A stretch of 64,000 nucleotides of DNA from Trichinella spiralis (Eukaryota), in the NCBI RefSeq assembly GCF_000181795.1, contig NW_003526944.1:2283434-2347433 (forward strand), written 5' to 3'. This document shows positions 15,183-29,989 of the stretch, one piece after another. Position numbers and translations under genes: made by a program. The stretch's first letter is position 1. The number at the start of each line of letters is the position of its first letter. Under the pieces are notes generated by a model that searched no databases, was not told the DNA's origin, and saw nothing but the letters and a program-made list of their open reading frames with translations.

Positions 15183-16700
15183 AAATGGATGGATGAATAG
15201 TATCGCGATCAAGAATAGTTAATTCAGTTTGTTCTTTCAAACTGTGCAGTTTATATATATGAGTGGAAATTTTTTTCAGGTTACTGCTTAATTAGTTTCT
15301 GCGCATCTACTTATGCATTTGATATGAATTTTATTTCGGCGCTTGATTGCTGTTGGGCTTCCAGATTATAATTGCTTAGCAGTTTCATTAATGCTCATTT
15401 CCGGTTATTTTTCAAGTGCTTTATAGTAGTTTAATGATAATTTTTACCTCTTATAGTTCACATCATCTATGCAATAATAGTTTACAAGTAGGTATAAATG
15501 CAGCGTATAAATGATTTTGTTTTTCATGTTTTCTATAATATATATGCTGTATTTTGTTGAATACAAATTATGCTAATCAATCGATTTAGAAGTAAGTACG
15601 TTTGCTGAATTGGATGATTGATTATGTTTAAAAGATAAATATAAACAAATAAATAAGCGATGATGTTCTTATTTACAGGGAATAGTTTTTCGACAGTGAA
15701 GCGAAATGTCATTGATGATCAGTATTTTGAGAACTGTTCGAAAGAAAAAGTACAGTCTTGTTTTAAATCAACATAATGCTAGATCTAAAAATAATGTTCT
15801 CGAAGAACATGTTTCGACGCAGATAAGAAAATTCTATTATAAACTTGAAACATTCCAGAAATATTATGAGATAAAATATTACTACTACGTCGAAGATGAT
15901 GTGAAATAATGCAAATCCAAGGTCATTTTAAATGTAGCACAGTGTAAATAAAATGAAAATATGCAAGAGCTTTCCCGTCTGTCGTCACATTGCCGTCTAT
16001 AAATTTATTCTTAAAAATAAATATTTACTAATTTTCGCTTTTCAGTTTGTTATGAGCGATTTGCTATTTTTTAGAATAAATATTTACTCAAAGGTATTCA
16101 AATAATATTAAAGTGTTAAAAAAATATTCAGCCTTGTTTGCTGTAAATTAACAATTTAACACTTGAAAGCAGTGTTGTTGTTGATTTTTTTTGTTGCTTT
16201 CCACGGTGAATTTGCTGGTTTGTATAATGCAATTTTATTTTTTTCCAATCAATTAATTAATTGGTAGGTTCATTTTTACGTGAAGTTTGTGAATTTTTTA
16301 TACTGTAAAAACAGCGATCGATATTTCTGTCGATGATCAATTGTGCAAAATATTTGTTCAGTAAGTTTTGAAAATATGTTAGTTGTTAATTCTTATTTGT
16401 GAAGTATTGGATTCAGTTTCAGAATTGCACTTGAATTCACCTTTCCATCTACAGTAAGATCAGTAGGAGTCTACAGTCGACGAAGCTTTGTGCCTTTTTT
16501 CTCTCCGCTCTGCGCTGGATGATGTCATCATTTTGCTGAAACTTCAGTTTTTTTTCTTTTCTACAGAATACAGAAGCCGGAAGCATGGCGTCAATTTATT
16601 GCCTGTTGTGAGTGATATTTGTCAGTTGAAGTTTTCTTTATGCGTTCTCTGGGGTCAGCATCAGAGAGACGACAATCCGAGGAACGGTGCGCTGGTGGTG

Positions 16701-17258
16701 ATGCGTGAGTTCAAAGTGGTCGTTCTGGGCAGCGGTGGTGTGGGCAAAAGCGCTCTTACGGTGCAGTTCGTTTCGAACACTTTCATCGAAAAGTACGACC
16801 CCACCATTGAAGACTTCTACCGCAAGGAGATCGAAGTGGAGGGTCAGCCGTGCGTTTTGGAAATTTTGGACACGGCCGGCACGGAGCAGTTCGCCTCGAT
16901 GCGGGATTTGTACATCAAAAATGGTCAAGGCTTTGTCATCGTCTACAGTATCTCAAGTCAGCAGACGTTTCACGACATCAAAGTGCTGCGTGATCAGATT
17001 TTGCGCGTCAAAGGTGTCGACCAGGTTCCGATTTTGCTCGTCGGCAACAAGAGCGATTTGGAACACCAGCGCCAGGTACGTTCAGACGAAGGGCGCGCCC
17101 TGGCTCAATTTTGGAACTGTCCTTTTGTGGAATGTTCAGCCAAGATTGCTCAGAATGTGAACACGGTTTTTGCGGAAATTGTCCGCGAGATGAATTACAT
17201 GCAAAAGAGTCGCCACCGCCGGAAGCAGCGCTGCTGCGACGGCTGCTGCGTGTCCTGA
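16701..17258 (+). CDS. RAP2: Ras-related small GTPase Rap2, intronless CDS
   Basis: [72 protein letters not shown]; polybasic region and C-terminal CCDGCCVS (CaaX). True start is the ATG at 16701, not the ORF-track 16488. Confidence 0.96.
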   Translation: MREFKVVVLGSGGVGKSALTVQFVSNTFIEKYDPTIEDFYRKEIEVEGQPCVLEILDTAGTEQFASMRDLYIKNGQGFVIVYSISSQQTFHDIKVLRDQILRVKGVDQVPILLVGNKSDLEHQRQVRSDEGRALAQFWNCPFVECSAKIAQNVNTVFAEIVREMNYMQKSRHRRKQRCCDGCCVS

Positions 17259-17634
17259 AGCCGCCGCCCGTCGGCTCGGATATTTTTTGCATTGTCATTC
17301 ATCTCTGTTTGTAGAGTTTGTTTCTTCCTCTGTTCCGCTGATCAGTTAGTTCCATCTCACTTCGTCGTGCCTCAGTGCGCTGCTGTTCATTCGTTGTCTG
17401 TTTTTTTCCTACGGCGCAGTCTGAAGAAAATTTTGGTAGGCTACAAATTTTCAATTCTTTATTTATTTGGATTTATTTATTTCCATTTCGTTTTGCTGAT
17501 CTTCAGTACTCGGTGTTTGAGAGTATGGCATGCTGGTTTTACGTTGCATGCGATCATCTTCTGTTCATGCCTTTTCCGTGAAACAACACCCACCCACCCA
17601 TACGACGACATGTCGGAAATGAGACTATGTTTTA

Positions 17635-17668
<34 letters not shown>

Positions 17669-18046
17669 CTACAGAGAAAAAAAATATTGAAAAATCTCTT
17701 GTTGCCAACAACTGCTGCTGTTGTTGTTGTTATTGTTATTATTATTTTTCTTCCATTTTGCTCATGTCCGTTTTGATTTAATTTCATTTTAATATTATTC
17801 TTTTCAATTTTTGCTCTCTTCCCTCTCAGATGTTGAACACACATGCGTTTGGATTGTTTTTTTCCCCTTTTGCTTTTACTATTATTTCTCAGATTCTTAT
17901 TTATTTTTTTTTCCATCGCCACCGTGACAGCGTGTTCAAGTTTTTGCTGAGTTGATGATATTTTTGTTGTTTAACACGTTCTCATCAATTATTGCGTGTA
18001 CAATTTTTGGATTTCATTAAAAAAAATCTACACTGAACACACACAC

Positions 18047-18083
<37 letters not shown>

Positions 18084-18488
18084 CATCTTGAAATGTGGAT
18101 GGATCTTTTGTTGAGTCGATTCAGCTGAGACTGCTTTTCTTCCGCCTGTCGGGCTTTGGAAACAGCGCCTTGATCACTTCAGTTCAGACTGCTGCCAATT
18201 TTTCCGGCACTAGCGTATCCGTTTTAAGCCAGTTGTTGTTCACGATGAATCAGCGTGTTGATTCATCGTTTTGGAATGTGTGTGTGTGTGTGTGGTTGTT
18301 GGAATGGAAAATTGTTTGCAGAATGTTTACCATATAACAAATACAATGTGGGATATTTTTAAAATTCTGATGTTTTAATCAATCGCTGGTCGTGCTGTTG
18401 AAGAACAAAAAAAGCATTTCCAAATATTTTCTGTTCCACAATCCACTGCGATGATTCACCAGCATCAACATCATCATCATCATCATCA
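17635..18488. repeat. Microsatellite cluster ((TG)n(AG)n, (AC)n(AG)n, (TG)n, (CAT)n) in the probable Rap2 3' region
   Basis: Directly visible at about 17635-17668, 18037-18078, 18277-18293 and 18469-18488. Confidence 0.9.
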
Positions 18489-20025
18489 TGTCAGCAAATA
18501 GAAATATGTTGACATTTTACGCCGCCCGCCTGCCTTTCGTATATTATTTCGTTTCTCGACCTCGGCGCGTTATAATCAGGTCTCCGGGGCTGCTGATTTT
18601 GATCTCCATCATTGTAACGGACGTGATTTATAACTTTGCTTCCTTTTCCTCCGGTTTCCATTTCCGAGCCAACCAACAACAACCTTGAACAAAAATGCTT
18701 CACGCCGTCTCATTTGTCCACTACCACTCCTCCACTATTGATGTTGCTGATATTTTTTTTCTTTGCAATAGACGGCTACTTTGGATTAGAATTTATTAAA
18801 AAACGAAACTAATTAATTTTTTGTTCTAATTTAAACTGGTAATAATGTGGCTGTTTGTTGGTTCTGTTATGCTTATTTTTTCTTTGGAACACTAGGCTCA
18901 TCACGTGTGAAATGATTGTTGCAAACCAGTTGAAAGCATTGGAACGAGTTGCAGCGGTGGTTGAATACTTGCAAATGACAACTAAGTATGAAAATTTGCA
19001 AGCGAGCCATTTTGAAACTGAATACTCTAGCCGTGTTTGTTTAAAAGTGATACTTTATTAGCTGTGAAAAATCAACCATCAGTAGTGAAATGTTATTTTT
19101 CACATTGTTCACTCGTTCAATTTTCCTAAATCAAATAATTGCATAAGCAAAGTAAATTGAATACAGTCTACAAGTTGAACATAAATTTGGAAAAGCTGGC
19201 TATTCATCGACAACAAACTCGATTACTTGCTCAGCATTTGTTTGCACATTACGACTATTACCGTAAGTTGATTTTCAGGTTTATTATTTTCTGACGTAGT
19301 AATGAGAACAAATTTTTCTTGTCCTATATTCGTTTTGGTGATTGATAACTTTTGCATTCGTAAATACTTTACCTGTACTGTCATTATAAAAAGTAATTAA
19401 TGAATTTTTCAATTCTCTTACTGAAGCATGTATTTCATATTAATCATATATGCACTGAGATGATCGATCATGACAACATGCAAATATGCACAAAACCGAA
19501 ATGAACTGCTATTTGAAGTAGTTCTGTACGTGTGCAGTGATGACTTGATACAACTCTAGTTGATAACTAGCAGTACAGTAGACCTCACAATTTAAGGTTG
19601 AATTTGTATTTATCATTAATAAATCATTTTCACTGTACTATTTATTATAACATTAAGTTTCCTGTTTATTGGTTAAAATGTTTTTAAATTTGAAATAAAT
19701 TCAGTAATAAAAAGCAACAACAGTTAATGCTTGATCGTAATTGGTGATGTTGGAATTCATTTATAACATTTGTGCTTATTTGTTCTAGAAATGCTTACTG
19801 TACTACAAGGAATTACTGTTGGTATTTTTATTTCACTGCATTTTATTATTCAGTTGATAAATTCCACAGTTCTGTTAGATATTTGGTTTAATTGATTTCT
19901 TTTACTGATTTTCAGAAATTCAGTAGTTACTGTCATGCAATGAATCACTACTGCTACTACTGAACGGTATTATGTAATTTTTAGCAAATTTTACTCGTTG
20001 AAGCGATTTTTAAGAATTCAGAAAA

Positions 20026-22301
20026 ATGATCGAAAGTTTATTTATCATCAATCGCTCTGGGTTAGTTGTTTATTTTTATACGCTCTTTTTCATAATATAT
20101 TATAATTGTAATAATAAACATAATAATTGACAGTGATCTTTCAAATTCTCAAATAGATTTATTTCAATTCCATTGTTCTCTTGCATAGTTTGTGTAGTTT
20201 TACATAATTAAAATATTATCGTGTTTTTCCCAATCAATTTACAGAGACATAACATTGGAAAAGCATTGGAAAGCGCTGATTTATCGTTCGGTTTGTGATT
20301 ACTTTTTTGAAGCTCAGAAACGAGTAAGTAAACTTAAAGCAAGTTCTTTTCATGCTTTATCATCGGTGTTTTCAATTTCAGGCTTATACTCCGGAGGATG
20401 TACCGGTCGTCATTTCAACTCCAAATCATTATTTGATCAGCATCTATCGGAAAGCACTTTTCTTTGTTGCTGTTGTAAATACTGAAGGTAATACTGTATA
20501 TTTTTACAACATTTTTTTTTAATTTTCTTATTATACATTTAAAAAGCAATTGTAGTGGGTCGTACAAATGATAGCTTCATGATTGTTGTTTTCTTTTAAA
20601 ATATGCCTTGCCTTGTTTTCGATATTGCATATTCTATTAATTGTTTATTGTGTTGTTATTGGTATGTAGAATAGTTTGCATCATTTTTGTAACCTGTGTT
20701 GTAAACCTGTGAGTTGCACTGCATTTGCAGTACAAAATTTAATTAATGAACATTATTTATTTTTTAGTGCCACCTTTATTGGTTATTGAGTTTTTACATC
20801 GTGTTGTTGATATTTTTATTGGCTATTTTGATGATTGCAATGATACAATTATCAAAGAAAATTTGGTCACCATCTATGAGGTGAATGGAAATATTTTTAC
20901 TTTGATCTTCACAATGCTTTCTTTTCAGCTTCTCGATGAAATGTTAGACAATGGATACCCATTGGCAACAGAATCGAATATTTTGCAAGAATTAATTAAG
21001 CCTCCGAATTTTTTTCGAAATTTGGCAAACACAGTTACTGGGAAATCCAAGTAAAAGTTTTCATATATATATATATGTTATATAATTGCTTTTCTACTTT
21101 GTTTTTCTATGCAGTGTTAGCGAGACACTTCCTATGGGTCAGCTATCAAACATTCCATGGCGTCGTAGTGGCGTTCGTTATACAAATAACGAAGCTTACT
21201 TTGATGTGGTGGAGGAAATTGATGCAATTGTAGATAAATCAGGCAATGCAATATTCGCTGAAATTCAAGGCTATGTTAGTTAAAAATGGTGTTTTTACTT
21301 AATCAATTGTTGTACGTTATTTTTTGGGATACAGGTTGACTGCTGCATCAAGCTCAGTGGGATGCCTGATTTGACCATGGCATTTTCCAATCCACGACTA
21401 TTTGATGACGTTAGTTTTCATCCTTGTGTACGATTCAAGCGTTGGGAGGTATAGCTTATTTTATTAGTTTTATGTCGTCTGTAGCACAACATGTCCACAG
21501 TTTGGTTGGTATGTTTTATTATTCAGACTGATCGAGTACTTTCATTTGTCCCCCCAGACGGACAGTTTCGTCTCATGTCCTTTCATATTGGTTCGCAAAG
21601 GTAAAAACTGTATAACAGATTGCTTTGATTGTCATTTCAAATGTACTATTATACCCAATTTTAGCTTGGTCACATTACCAATTAATTTGCGTCATTCTTT
21701 TACTTTCAAAAATACTCAAGGTGGAAAATTAGACTTGACCGTCTCGCCGAAACATAACATTGGAAAAATGGTAATTATTTTCATCACACCTGATAGAAAT
21801 ACATCTTCATGCAAAAATAGCATTATTCATTTAGCTTGAAGATGTTTCTGTTACAGTAGTCATGCCGAAGTTCGTGGTTAATTGTAATCTTGTACCTACT
21901 CAAGGTAAATATACATTCGATACGGTGACAAAAGTTCTTCTTTGGGAAATTGGTAAAGTTGAATACACGCGATTACCAAATTTACAGGGGACGGTAAGCT
22001 TTTTTATAATAAGCTTTAAGTTGAATTATTTGTTAATTTATTTTTTCAAATTCAGGTAACCGTTCAACCTTGTGCGACATCTACTGACGGAAGCCCAACC
22101 ATAAACGTGAAAAAAATATTCAAAGAAATTTTTTTTGCACTTATAATCGTTATTTAACTTTTTCAGGTTCACTTTTTAATCAATCAATTGACTGTATCTG
22201 GAATTAAAGTGAATCGAGTTGACATGTATGGAGAAAAATATAAACCATTCAAGGGAGTTAAGTACATTACAAAAGCTGGTCGCTTCCAAGTGAGAATTTG
22301 A
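20026..22301 (+). CDS. AP3M1: AP-3 adaptor complex mu subunit (multi-exon)
   Basis: MIESLFIINRSGDITLEKHWK..RSVCDYFFEAQ, EVPPLLVIEFLHRVVD, YELLDEMLDNGYPLATESNILQELIKPP, IPWRRSGVRYTNNEAYFDVVEEIDAI, FHPCVRFKRWE..LSFVPPDG, KYKPFKGVKYITKAGRFQVRI*. Confidence 0.95.
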
Positions 22302-25300
22302 CGAAAGACAGTTTAAAGAAAGACTGTTGTTGGTAAATTTCAATTCTGCATCATCGTTTCCCCCCCCCCCCCCACTTCACAACTTGCAGCAATGTGAGGC
22401 ATCATTTATTAGGCGCAGTTGACATGGTTTTCAAGAATATATGCTGAATAAAGATCTGATTAAGCAAAGAGAAAAGAAGTTTCAAATTTTTTGGATACTT
22501 TGAAAAATTAAACATTGTAGATGCATCGTATTAAATGGAACAATTGGAAACATTTCATTGAATATTTTATACAAATTGTGATTTGATGATAAACAACGTG
22601 TCATCGTGAAAATGGGTAATTTTAAAAAAATTAAAACGCATAAGTTAAAAATTATACATTATTTTAAACTTTCCGTTTATAGATATGCATATTTTGATGT
22701 GTTATGGATATTCAGTGTTTTTTCAAAATTATATTTCTCCGTTTGTGAACTTATGGACATTTATTTTAATGGCTCTCAGTGATAAATGAATACTTTATGA
22801 GTTTTATAAAATTTCAGTAAACCTTCCTTAATACTTGTCTTGTACACAGAAGTTTTCCTGGAAAACATAAAATGAACATTTCCAAATTGCTCATTATATA
22901 TATTTCATGAACATTTACTTATCAGTAGTTACCGATAGCAGTAAAACTTCAATGTCATTTGAAAAGCATTATATGTTAATATGTTATGTTTAATTACTGG
23001 GTATTTGCATAGAATTTATCGAACATTTTACGGAAGTCATTACTACTTACGCTTGTTTATTAGTCTGTAACATGCCCTATGGCTAAGACGTTGTACCTTT
23101 TTGCTCGTCTATTTTACTTTCTTTTGTGCATTTAAGTCGTCTTGCAGCTCGCGTCGGTTTGCGTCGTTAAAGCAACTTTCCTGACCACAGGAAATTTCAC
23201 GCAAGCAGGCAGGCAGTTGTTGCTCAGCACAATTGTAAGTAGCGGAATATACTCCATCCAAATGATCTACGCTGTACACCCATATCCACTACAGTTCCTT
23301 CAATGACAGTTCAAGTAAATTACTTTTATTTGGAAAGAATTGCATTGTTGTTTGTAGCGAACAGGATGTTGAGAAATAAGAAATTAAATTTTACTGGATA
23401 AATCTGCTTACAAACGATGAAATTTTGAAGTTCTACATTTAAGTAGATACATTATTAAATAGCGATAAATGCCAAGCAACTTTAGCAGTATTACTTAGCA
23501 GCAGTGAACGTTTGTGCATGGTTATTATAATCTAAGTTCTAGATTTCAGACCTGTTCTTATAAATATGTGCAAATCATGTAACGTTGTATAGTAGTTATC
23601 AAACAATAGATTATTATATATTACTAGCATTTTTTACAATTTCTTCTCTTTACGCTAAGCAACGTCCGCCATTCTTGTTCACTTTTATTCCCATTCAAAG
23701 ATTCTATGAAAATAATAAGATGAAACCTTGAGCAAAGCTCATTTGGCAGTAGTGATCCGCATTACACTGATGTTTCATGATATTTGAACATAATAGACGT
23801 TGCTGCTCCATCACGTACAAGTGAGATTGCTTTCTTACGTTTTCATTTTTATAATTTTATGAAACCCGGTCTGAATAATTTATTTTTTCAGCGGCACGAG
23901 CCGGATATCCAACTGCATAATAGTATTAAGTCTTGGAATGCCATACAAGCTCACTACCCTTATTCACCCTATGTAAACATATATGCCTGTGCAAGTAAGC
24001 AAACTATGTCTACAATAATTTGATGGTGAACTATGCCTGCGGCAATTTGGTGAAAGCACTTTGTGCTGTTCAAATCCTGAAGCGATTTATTATACATACA
24101 TACATATAAATAGTCATGTTTATTATTTTCAGGCAATTATTATATGAGTATTCATTGATGAAGAACGCTCTCGCTACTGCGCTGGGTAATTTGCTCAATT
24201 CTGGTGCTTGACTTCAACAAATATTGGCATAAATTCGAAATTCATACCACCTTACTTCCCTTTCATACCACATCACCAACATTCTTGCTATCAGGTAAGA
24301 AGTTTTACATGCATATTATTCAGTTTCATTTTTTTCTTCTTTCTTAAAAGACACGATATAAAACATTACCACTTTTCATAGAAATTTATTTTTGCCTTTT
24401 GCGAAATGAAACGAACCTTTTCATCCGTAATGACGTTCAAGAAACAGACGAAATTTTTATTAGATCATTTTTCGAATTCACATAAATGCTATTATTAATG
24501 AAACTAACTAAGAACTGAGAAATTAAAGAAAAACCTTAGAATTAAAGGTGCAGGTTTGTAAATATAATCAAAAGATTCTCACTTTTGAACACTTTTCAAT
24601 TTAAATCAAAGGGGTAACAACAAAAGCGCTCTTATTGTTCATGAAGCATCTGGCGTATTCCATCTGAAATTATTTAATGTTCTAATAAGAAAACTCAAAT
24701 GAAAAATTTAATAATTTAGTATAATTTGCAATAATACATTGCGTTCGTGTAAATGTAGGATACAGAGTCTTGAAAATTCTGTATTTTGTGAATTTTAACG
24801 AGTTCTCTTCTAAAGAAATGCTTATTTGATTTTTTCATTTATTAGGAAACTTTTTCGTGTTGTTTTGCTTAGCTTGATATTTTGCATGTGAAATAATACG
24901 GTACTATGAAAGGTTGATGTTCCGGTCGTTTTCATGACAACAGCTTAGCAGAGATATTCACGCGCTTTTAGTCCAAATAAATTTGCATACTAATGCGTTT
25001 TCATATGAGCGTAAGTCGTATTATGAAGTGTGTAAATAAAAATGTAGCAGCGTTCAATATTTAATAAAATTCTTCACTGCACTTATGTCAATAAGCTTAG
25101 TTAGTGACGGAAAATTAGGTTGTGCTTCCATAGGCAAAGCAAATAATGAATAATCAGAAAATGCATTTTCAGAAACTGTTAATTGAATATGCTATTTTCC
25201 ACAAATTTTCGTTCATCAATCAAAATAACTTGTTTAGCCACATTTTTGCAGATGTTGCAAGTGAATTTTTTGAATGAAAAGTATTATAGAATAATATGGT

Positions 25301-27639
25301 GCATAATTTATGTTTAGCTCAATGTACATAGAATTCTTGAAATGAAATGCACAGGCAAAAAGGCAGTTCTTTCTTATCTTCATGCCTTTAGGATTTTTGC
25401 GTGATTCCAAATCACGCTGCAAAGACAGAGCTTAATGATAGATAATATTTATGAAATCACTGTTTCACAATGAAAAGCTTTTTCTCAATAGTTCTCGAAA
25501 AGCCAATTGTGACATTGTACTGAAAGAACAGTTGAATATTTCTGCGTTCCCTATATTTCCTGTAATGCAAGTTGCTGATGATATAGACCTCGATGATTAC
25601 AGACATTTCTACCCTTGAATATTCAAACTGTAATTTGTCCTATCATTTGCATCATCCTTGATAGCGAACCTTTCCTTTGATTTTAATACTATTGTGAAGA
25701 AAATTTGCACATCAGTGTGCATGTCTTCCATTCTTTGGAACCCGACGGGGTATTATCTCAGCTATTAATTATATTGACAGATAAAAGACAACGCCTGATT
25801 AGAAAAGGTGAAAGTTGATTGAATGATAACGATTCAGTTTATAACAACTTTCACTCCCTACATCCCACCAATTCTCCCGCCTTTTTTCCCCGCCTTCATT
25901 ATTGCCTTTCCCTCCCAATAAATGAGAAATATTACTTGCTCTAGAAGACACCAATAAGAACCGTAATCATGCTTATCCGTTGAACAGAGAACGTTTAACC
26001 GTGGTGACTTGGGATAAATCTTAGTGTACTTTCTCAGTGTTATCGACTGGAAATGCACACTCATTGTACTAAATCCTAAATGTCACCAGCTCTTGAAGCT
26101 GCCTGCTTTTTCTCTGAATTGATACAGTTGCCAAGCACTCCTGCATTTATTGTGTTTAAAAGTGTGTAGACTGCTGCTGCTATGTTTTAGCGTTCTCAAG
26201 CATTCACTTTCTTCCCTGGGATATCTCTGTCATGAAGTGGGGACAATTCTTTACAAACCTTGGCCCATTAACTGAAATCAGTATTCCGTTTTTATCCTTG
26301 AATAAACTGAACTCTGAAAGTCCTTTCTGTATGTAACTCTCTTGATTTCCTTGTTCAACCATGTAAACTACACTCTGTGATTCACAATATGAAAAATCTA
26401 TAAGTTTAGCAATTTATCTGTCCATTTGATTTTATCAAAATGTACNNNNNNNNNNNNNNNNNNNNNNNNNNNNNNNNNNNNNNNNNNNNNNNNNNNNNNN
26501 NNNNNNNNNNNNNNNNNNNNNNNNNNNNNNNNNNNNNNNNNNNNNNNNNNNNNNNNNNNNNNNNNNNNNNNNNNNNNNNNNNNNNNNNNNNNNNNNNNNN
26601 NNNNNNNNNNNNNNNNNNNNNNNNNNNNNNNNNNNNNNNNNNNNNNNNNNNNNNNNNNNNNNNNNNNNNNNNNNNNNNNNNNNNNNNNNNNNNNNNNNNN
26701 NNNNNNNNNNNNNNNNNNNNNNNNNNNNNNNNNNNNNNNNNNNNNNNNNNNNNNNNNNNNNNNNNNNNNNNNNNNNNNNNNNNNNNNNNNNNNNNNNNNN
26801 NNNNNNNNNNNNNNNNNNNNNNNNNNNNNNNNNNNNGAAGCCATTTAATTATTATCCATGTACCTTAGATTATAAGAGAAATATTATTCGAGTGATATAC
26901 TTTGTTTGTTCTTGTCCAACGTTCTAGCAAATAAATTCAGCAACGCAATAATAGCATTTCTGGTTATTTTTAGTGATTTGCAATGCTTCAGGTTAATAAG
27001 TGTTCGTTTCATCTAATTTTAACAAAAGAAATTTGCATAATAGTGCTATTTTACTTAGTAATGTGCAGTGTGTAAATAAAAACGTAATAAATTTCATCAT
27101 GTTATTAAATAAAATTGTTCGCTATATTCATTTCACTGTGCTATTACTGCATTCAAATTAGGTTGTTCCACCGCAGACAAAGTAGTTTATTATTTGCATA
27201 GTTTACTCAGCGTTATATGTTTAATCAGAGTACTTTGTACACATTCCGTTATTCAGTTTATGGCTATGGCAGCACGAAGGGGATCAACTATAATTCCGCT
27301 CTTCAATGCTCTCTGTGAATATTAGGTAAGTTATATTATGCATAGTGGTGGTGTTATGTCATGCATGCCATTTGTATTGCTCTACTAATATGGTGATTGG
27401 GAACTAAAGGGTGTCTCTAACTGCATTATTTTTTCTAAATTTCAGCTACCTCAGATGCTGAGGACAGAGAAGTACGTATTACTGTTTTTTATTTTGAGAT
27501 GACTACACTAATAAAATTCACTTTCAGAAATTCACATCACTTCACATTTACATGAAGTATTATTTAACAACTATATTATAAAAAGTAAGTGAAGATGATC
27601 AGTTACTCATCATAATAATTTTGAAAAGTATTTTTGATT

Positions 27640-27977
27640 ATTTGATTAAAGATTCCTTGTTTCCGTGCCATTTCTAACTTGGTTATTGAATGCCGACGGA
27701 AACGGTCTGACAAATAAACAGACAGCCGCTTATTTTAGGTTCTGAACGTACCGGTTTGTCAGCTAGCTTGATCAGATGATGACGGATTGTTTCGACAAAC
27801 GGTAACAATCGGTAAAGTCCTCAACAGAACTCTGCCAAGCATATACTGCATGCTTAAAGCACAATCGGCCCAGCTTTTAAATCTTTGTTCCGAAGTTACG
27901 GATCCGTTTGCTAACTTGCCTTCCCTACATTCTCCCATAGCTTTAGAAATTTCTTCAAAAAACATGCTGTAGAATAC
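27640..27977 (-). pseudogene. Degenerate 28S (LSU) rRNA fragment, copy 1
   Basis: Minus strand reads AATGTAGGGAAGGCAAGTTAGCAAACGGATCCGTAACTTCGGAACAAAGA...AAGTTAGAAATGGCACGGAAACAAGGAATC. This matches in order the conserved LSU segments AATGTAGGTAAGGGAAGTCGGCAA..GATCCGTAACTTCGGG and ACTTAGAACTGG..CGGAC.AGGGGAATC, which flank an expansion segment. Confidence 0.8.
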
Positions 27978-29185
27978 TTCAAATGGAATGTTTCGTTACA
28001 TGATTGATTTCTTTGCTTGTGCATAACAAGTAAGTAATGCATGAATGTTGCGTACAGTATATATGATCTGAATTGAATTGCAATAACTTACATGAAACCG
28101 CCTTATTATAAAAAGTAATTGAAGACGAATAACAGTGCATCATAATAATTTTCAAACGCAAATCATTTTGTCGTCTGTTTTATTTCTCCCATTTCACTTT
28201 TGAAATAATTTTTCAGGCTATTACAAGTAAAATGCCAAAAATTCATGACATGGATTACACTTTTGCTATCAAAGAGTTGTTATGTCCTTACCGCACTAAC
28301 CCCAGTGTGTACTTGTAAGTTCATATAAATCGTCTCAATNNNNNNNNNNAAAATGTTTTTATTCTCTATACTAATTTCAGGTAGAAAGCCATTAAATTAT
28401 ATCCATGTACCTTAGATTATAAGAGAAATATTATTCGAGTGATATACTTTGTTTGTTCTGTCCAACGTTCTAGCAAATAAATTCAGCAACGCAATAATAG
28501 CATTTCTGGTTATTTTTAGTGATTTGCAATGCTTCAGGTTAATAAGTGTTCGTTTCATCTAATTTTAACAAAAGAAATTTGCATAATAGTGCTATTTTAC
28601 TTAGTAATGTGCAGTGTGTAAATAAAAACGTAATAAATTTCATCATGTTATTAAATAAAATTGTTCGCTATATTCATTTCACTGTGCTATTACTGCATTC
28701 AAATTAGGTTGTTCCACCGCAGACAAAGTAGTTTATTATTTGCATAGTTTACTCAGCGTTATATGTTTAATCAGAGTACTTTGTACACATTCCGTTATTC
28801 AGTTTATGGCTATGGCAGCACGAAGGGGATCAACTATAATTCCGCTCTTCAATGCTCTCTGTGAATATTAGGTAAGTTATATTATGCATAGTGGAGGTGT
28901 TATGTCATGCATGTCATTTGTATTACTCTACTAATATGGTGATTGGGAACTAAAGGGTGTCTGTGACTGTATTATTTTTTCTAAATTTCAGCTACCTCAG
29001 ATGCTGAGGACAGAGAAGTACGTATTACTGTTTTTTATTTTGAGATGACTACACTAATAAAATTCACTTTCAGAAATTCACATCACTTCACGTTTAGATC
29101 ATGTATTATTTAACAGCTATATTATAAATAGTAAGTGAAGATGATCAGTTACTCATCATAATAATTTTGAAAAGTATTTTTGATT

Positions 29186-29522
29186 ATTTGATTAAAGATT
29201 CCTTGTTTCCGTGCCATTTCTAACTTGGTTGTTGAATGCCGACGAAACGGTCTGACAAATAAACAGACAGCCGCTTATTTTAGGTTCTGAACGTACCGGT
29301 TTGTCAGCTAGCTTGATCAGATGATGACGGATTGTTTCGACAAACGGTAACAATCGGTAAAGTCCTCAACAGAACTCTGCCAAGCATATACTGCATGCTT
29401 AAAGCACAATCGGCCCAGCTTTTAAATCTTTGTTCCGAAGTTACGGATCCGTTTGCTAACTTGCCTTCCCTACATTCTCCCATAGCTTTAGAAATTTCTT
29501 CAAAAAACATGCTGTAGAATAC
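29186..29522 (-). pseudogene. Degenerate 28S rRNA fragment, copy 2
   Basis: Near-identical to 27640-27977. Confidence 0.8.
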
Positions 29523-29989
29523 TTCAAATGGAATGTTTCGTTACATGATTGATTTCTTTGCTTGTGCATAACAAGTAAGTAATGCATGAATGTTGCGTAC
29601 AGTATATATGATCTGAATTGAATTGCAATAACTTACATGAAACCGCCTTATTATAAAAAGTAATTGAAGACGAATAACAGTGCATCATAATAATTTTCAA
29701 ACGCAAATCATTTTGTCGTCTGTTTTATTTCTCCAATTTAACTTTGAAATAATTTTCAGGCTATTACAAGAAATGCAAAAAATTCATGACAATGGATTAC
29801 ACTTTTGCTATCAAAGAGTTGTTATGTCATTACCGTAGTAACCCAGTGTTACTTGAAGTTCATATAAACGTCACAATGAAGTTTTTCTTATCACTATATG
29901 TAAGAATGAATTAGATATTATTTATGATAGGAATAGAATATTCTACAACATGGTAACAGATATGGAATCACTATACATTCTCTCTCCGT

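Larger units (their letters stand above)
26836..29878 (+). repeat. ~1545 bp tandem duplication (26836-28339 and 28350-29878) split by a 10-N gap
   Basis: ORFs repeat at offset 1545; the right arm of the inverted repeat has only one copy. Confidence 0.93.

Noticed and set aside
15706..15909. 67 aa ORF between PCCB and Rap2
   Set aside because: AT-rich, low complexity, no homology evident.
16488..16700. N-terminal extension of the Rap2 ORF
   Set aside because: Starts at TTG and crosses an acceptor-like T tract; Rap2 proteins begin at MREFK/MREYK.
26398..26868. Long ORFs made of X residues (also 31573-32085)
   Set aside because: Artefacts of N gaps.
27759..27972. 61 and 68 aa ORFs repeated three times
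   Set aside because: Incidental frames within the degenerate 28S fragment.
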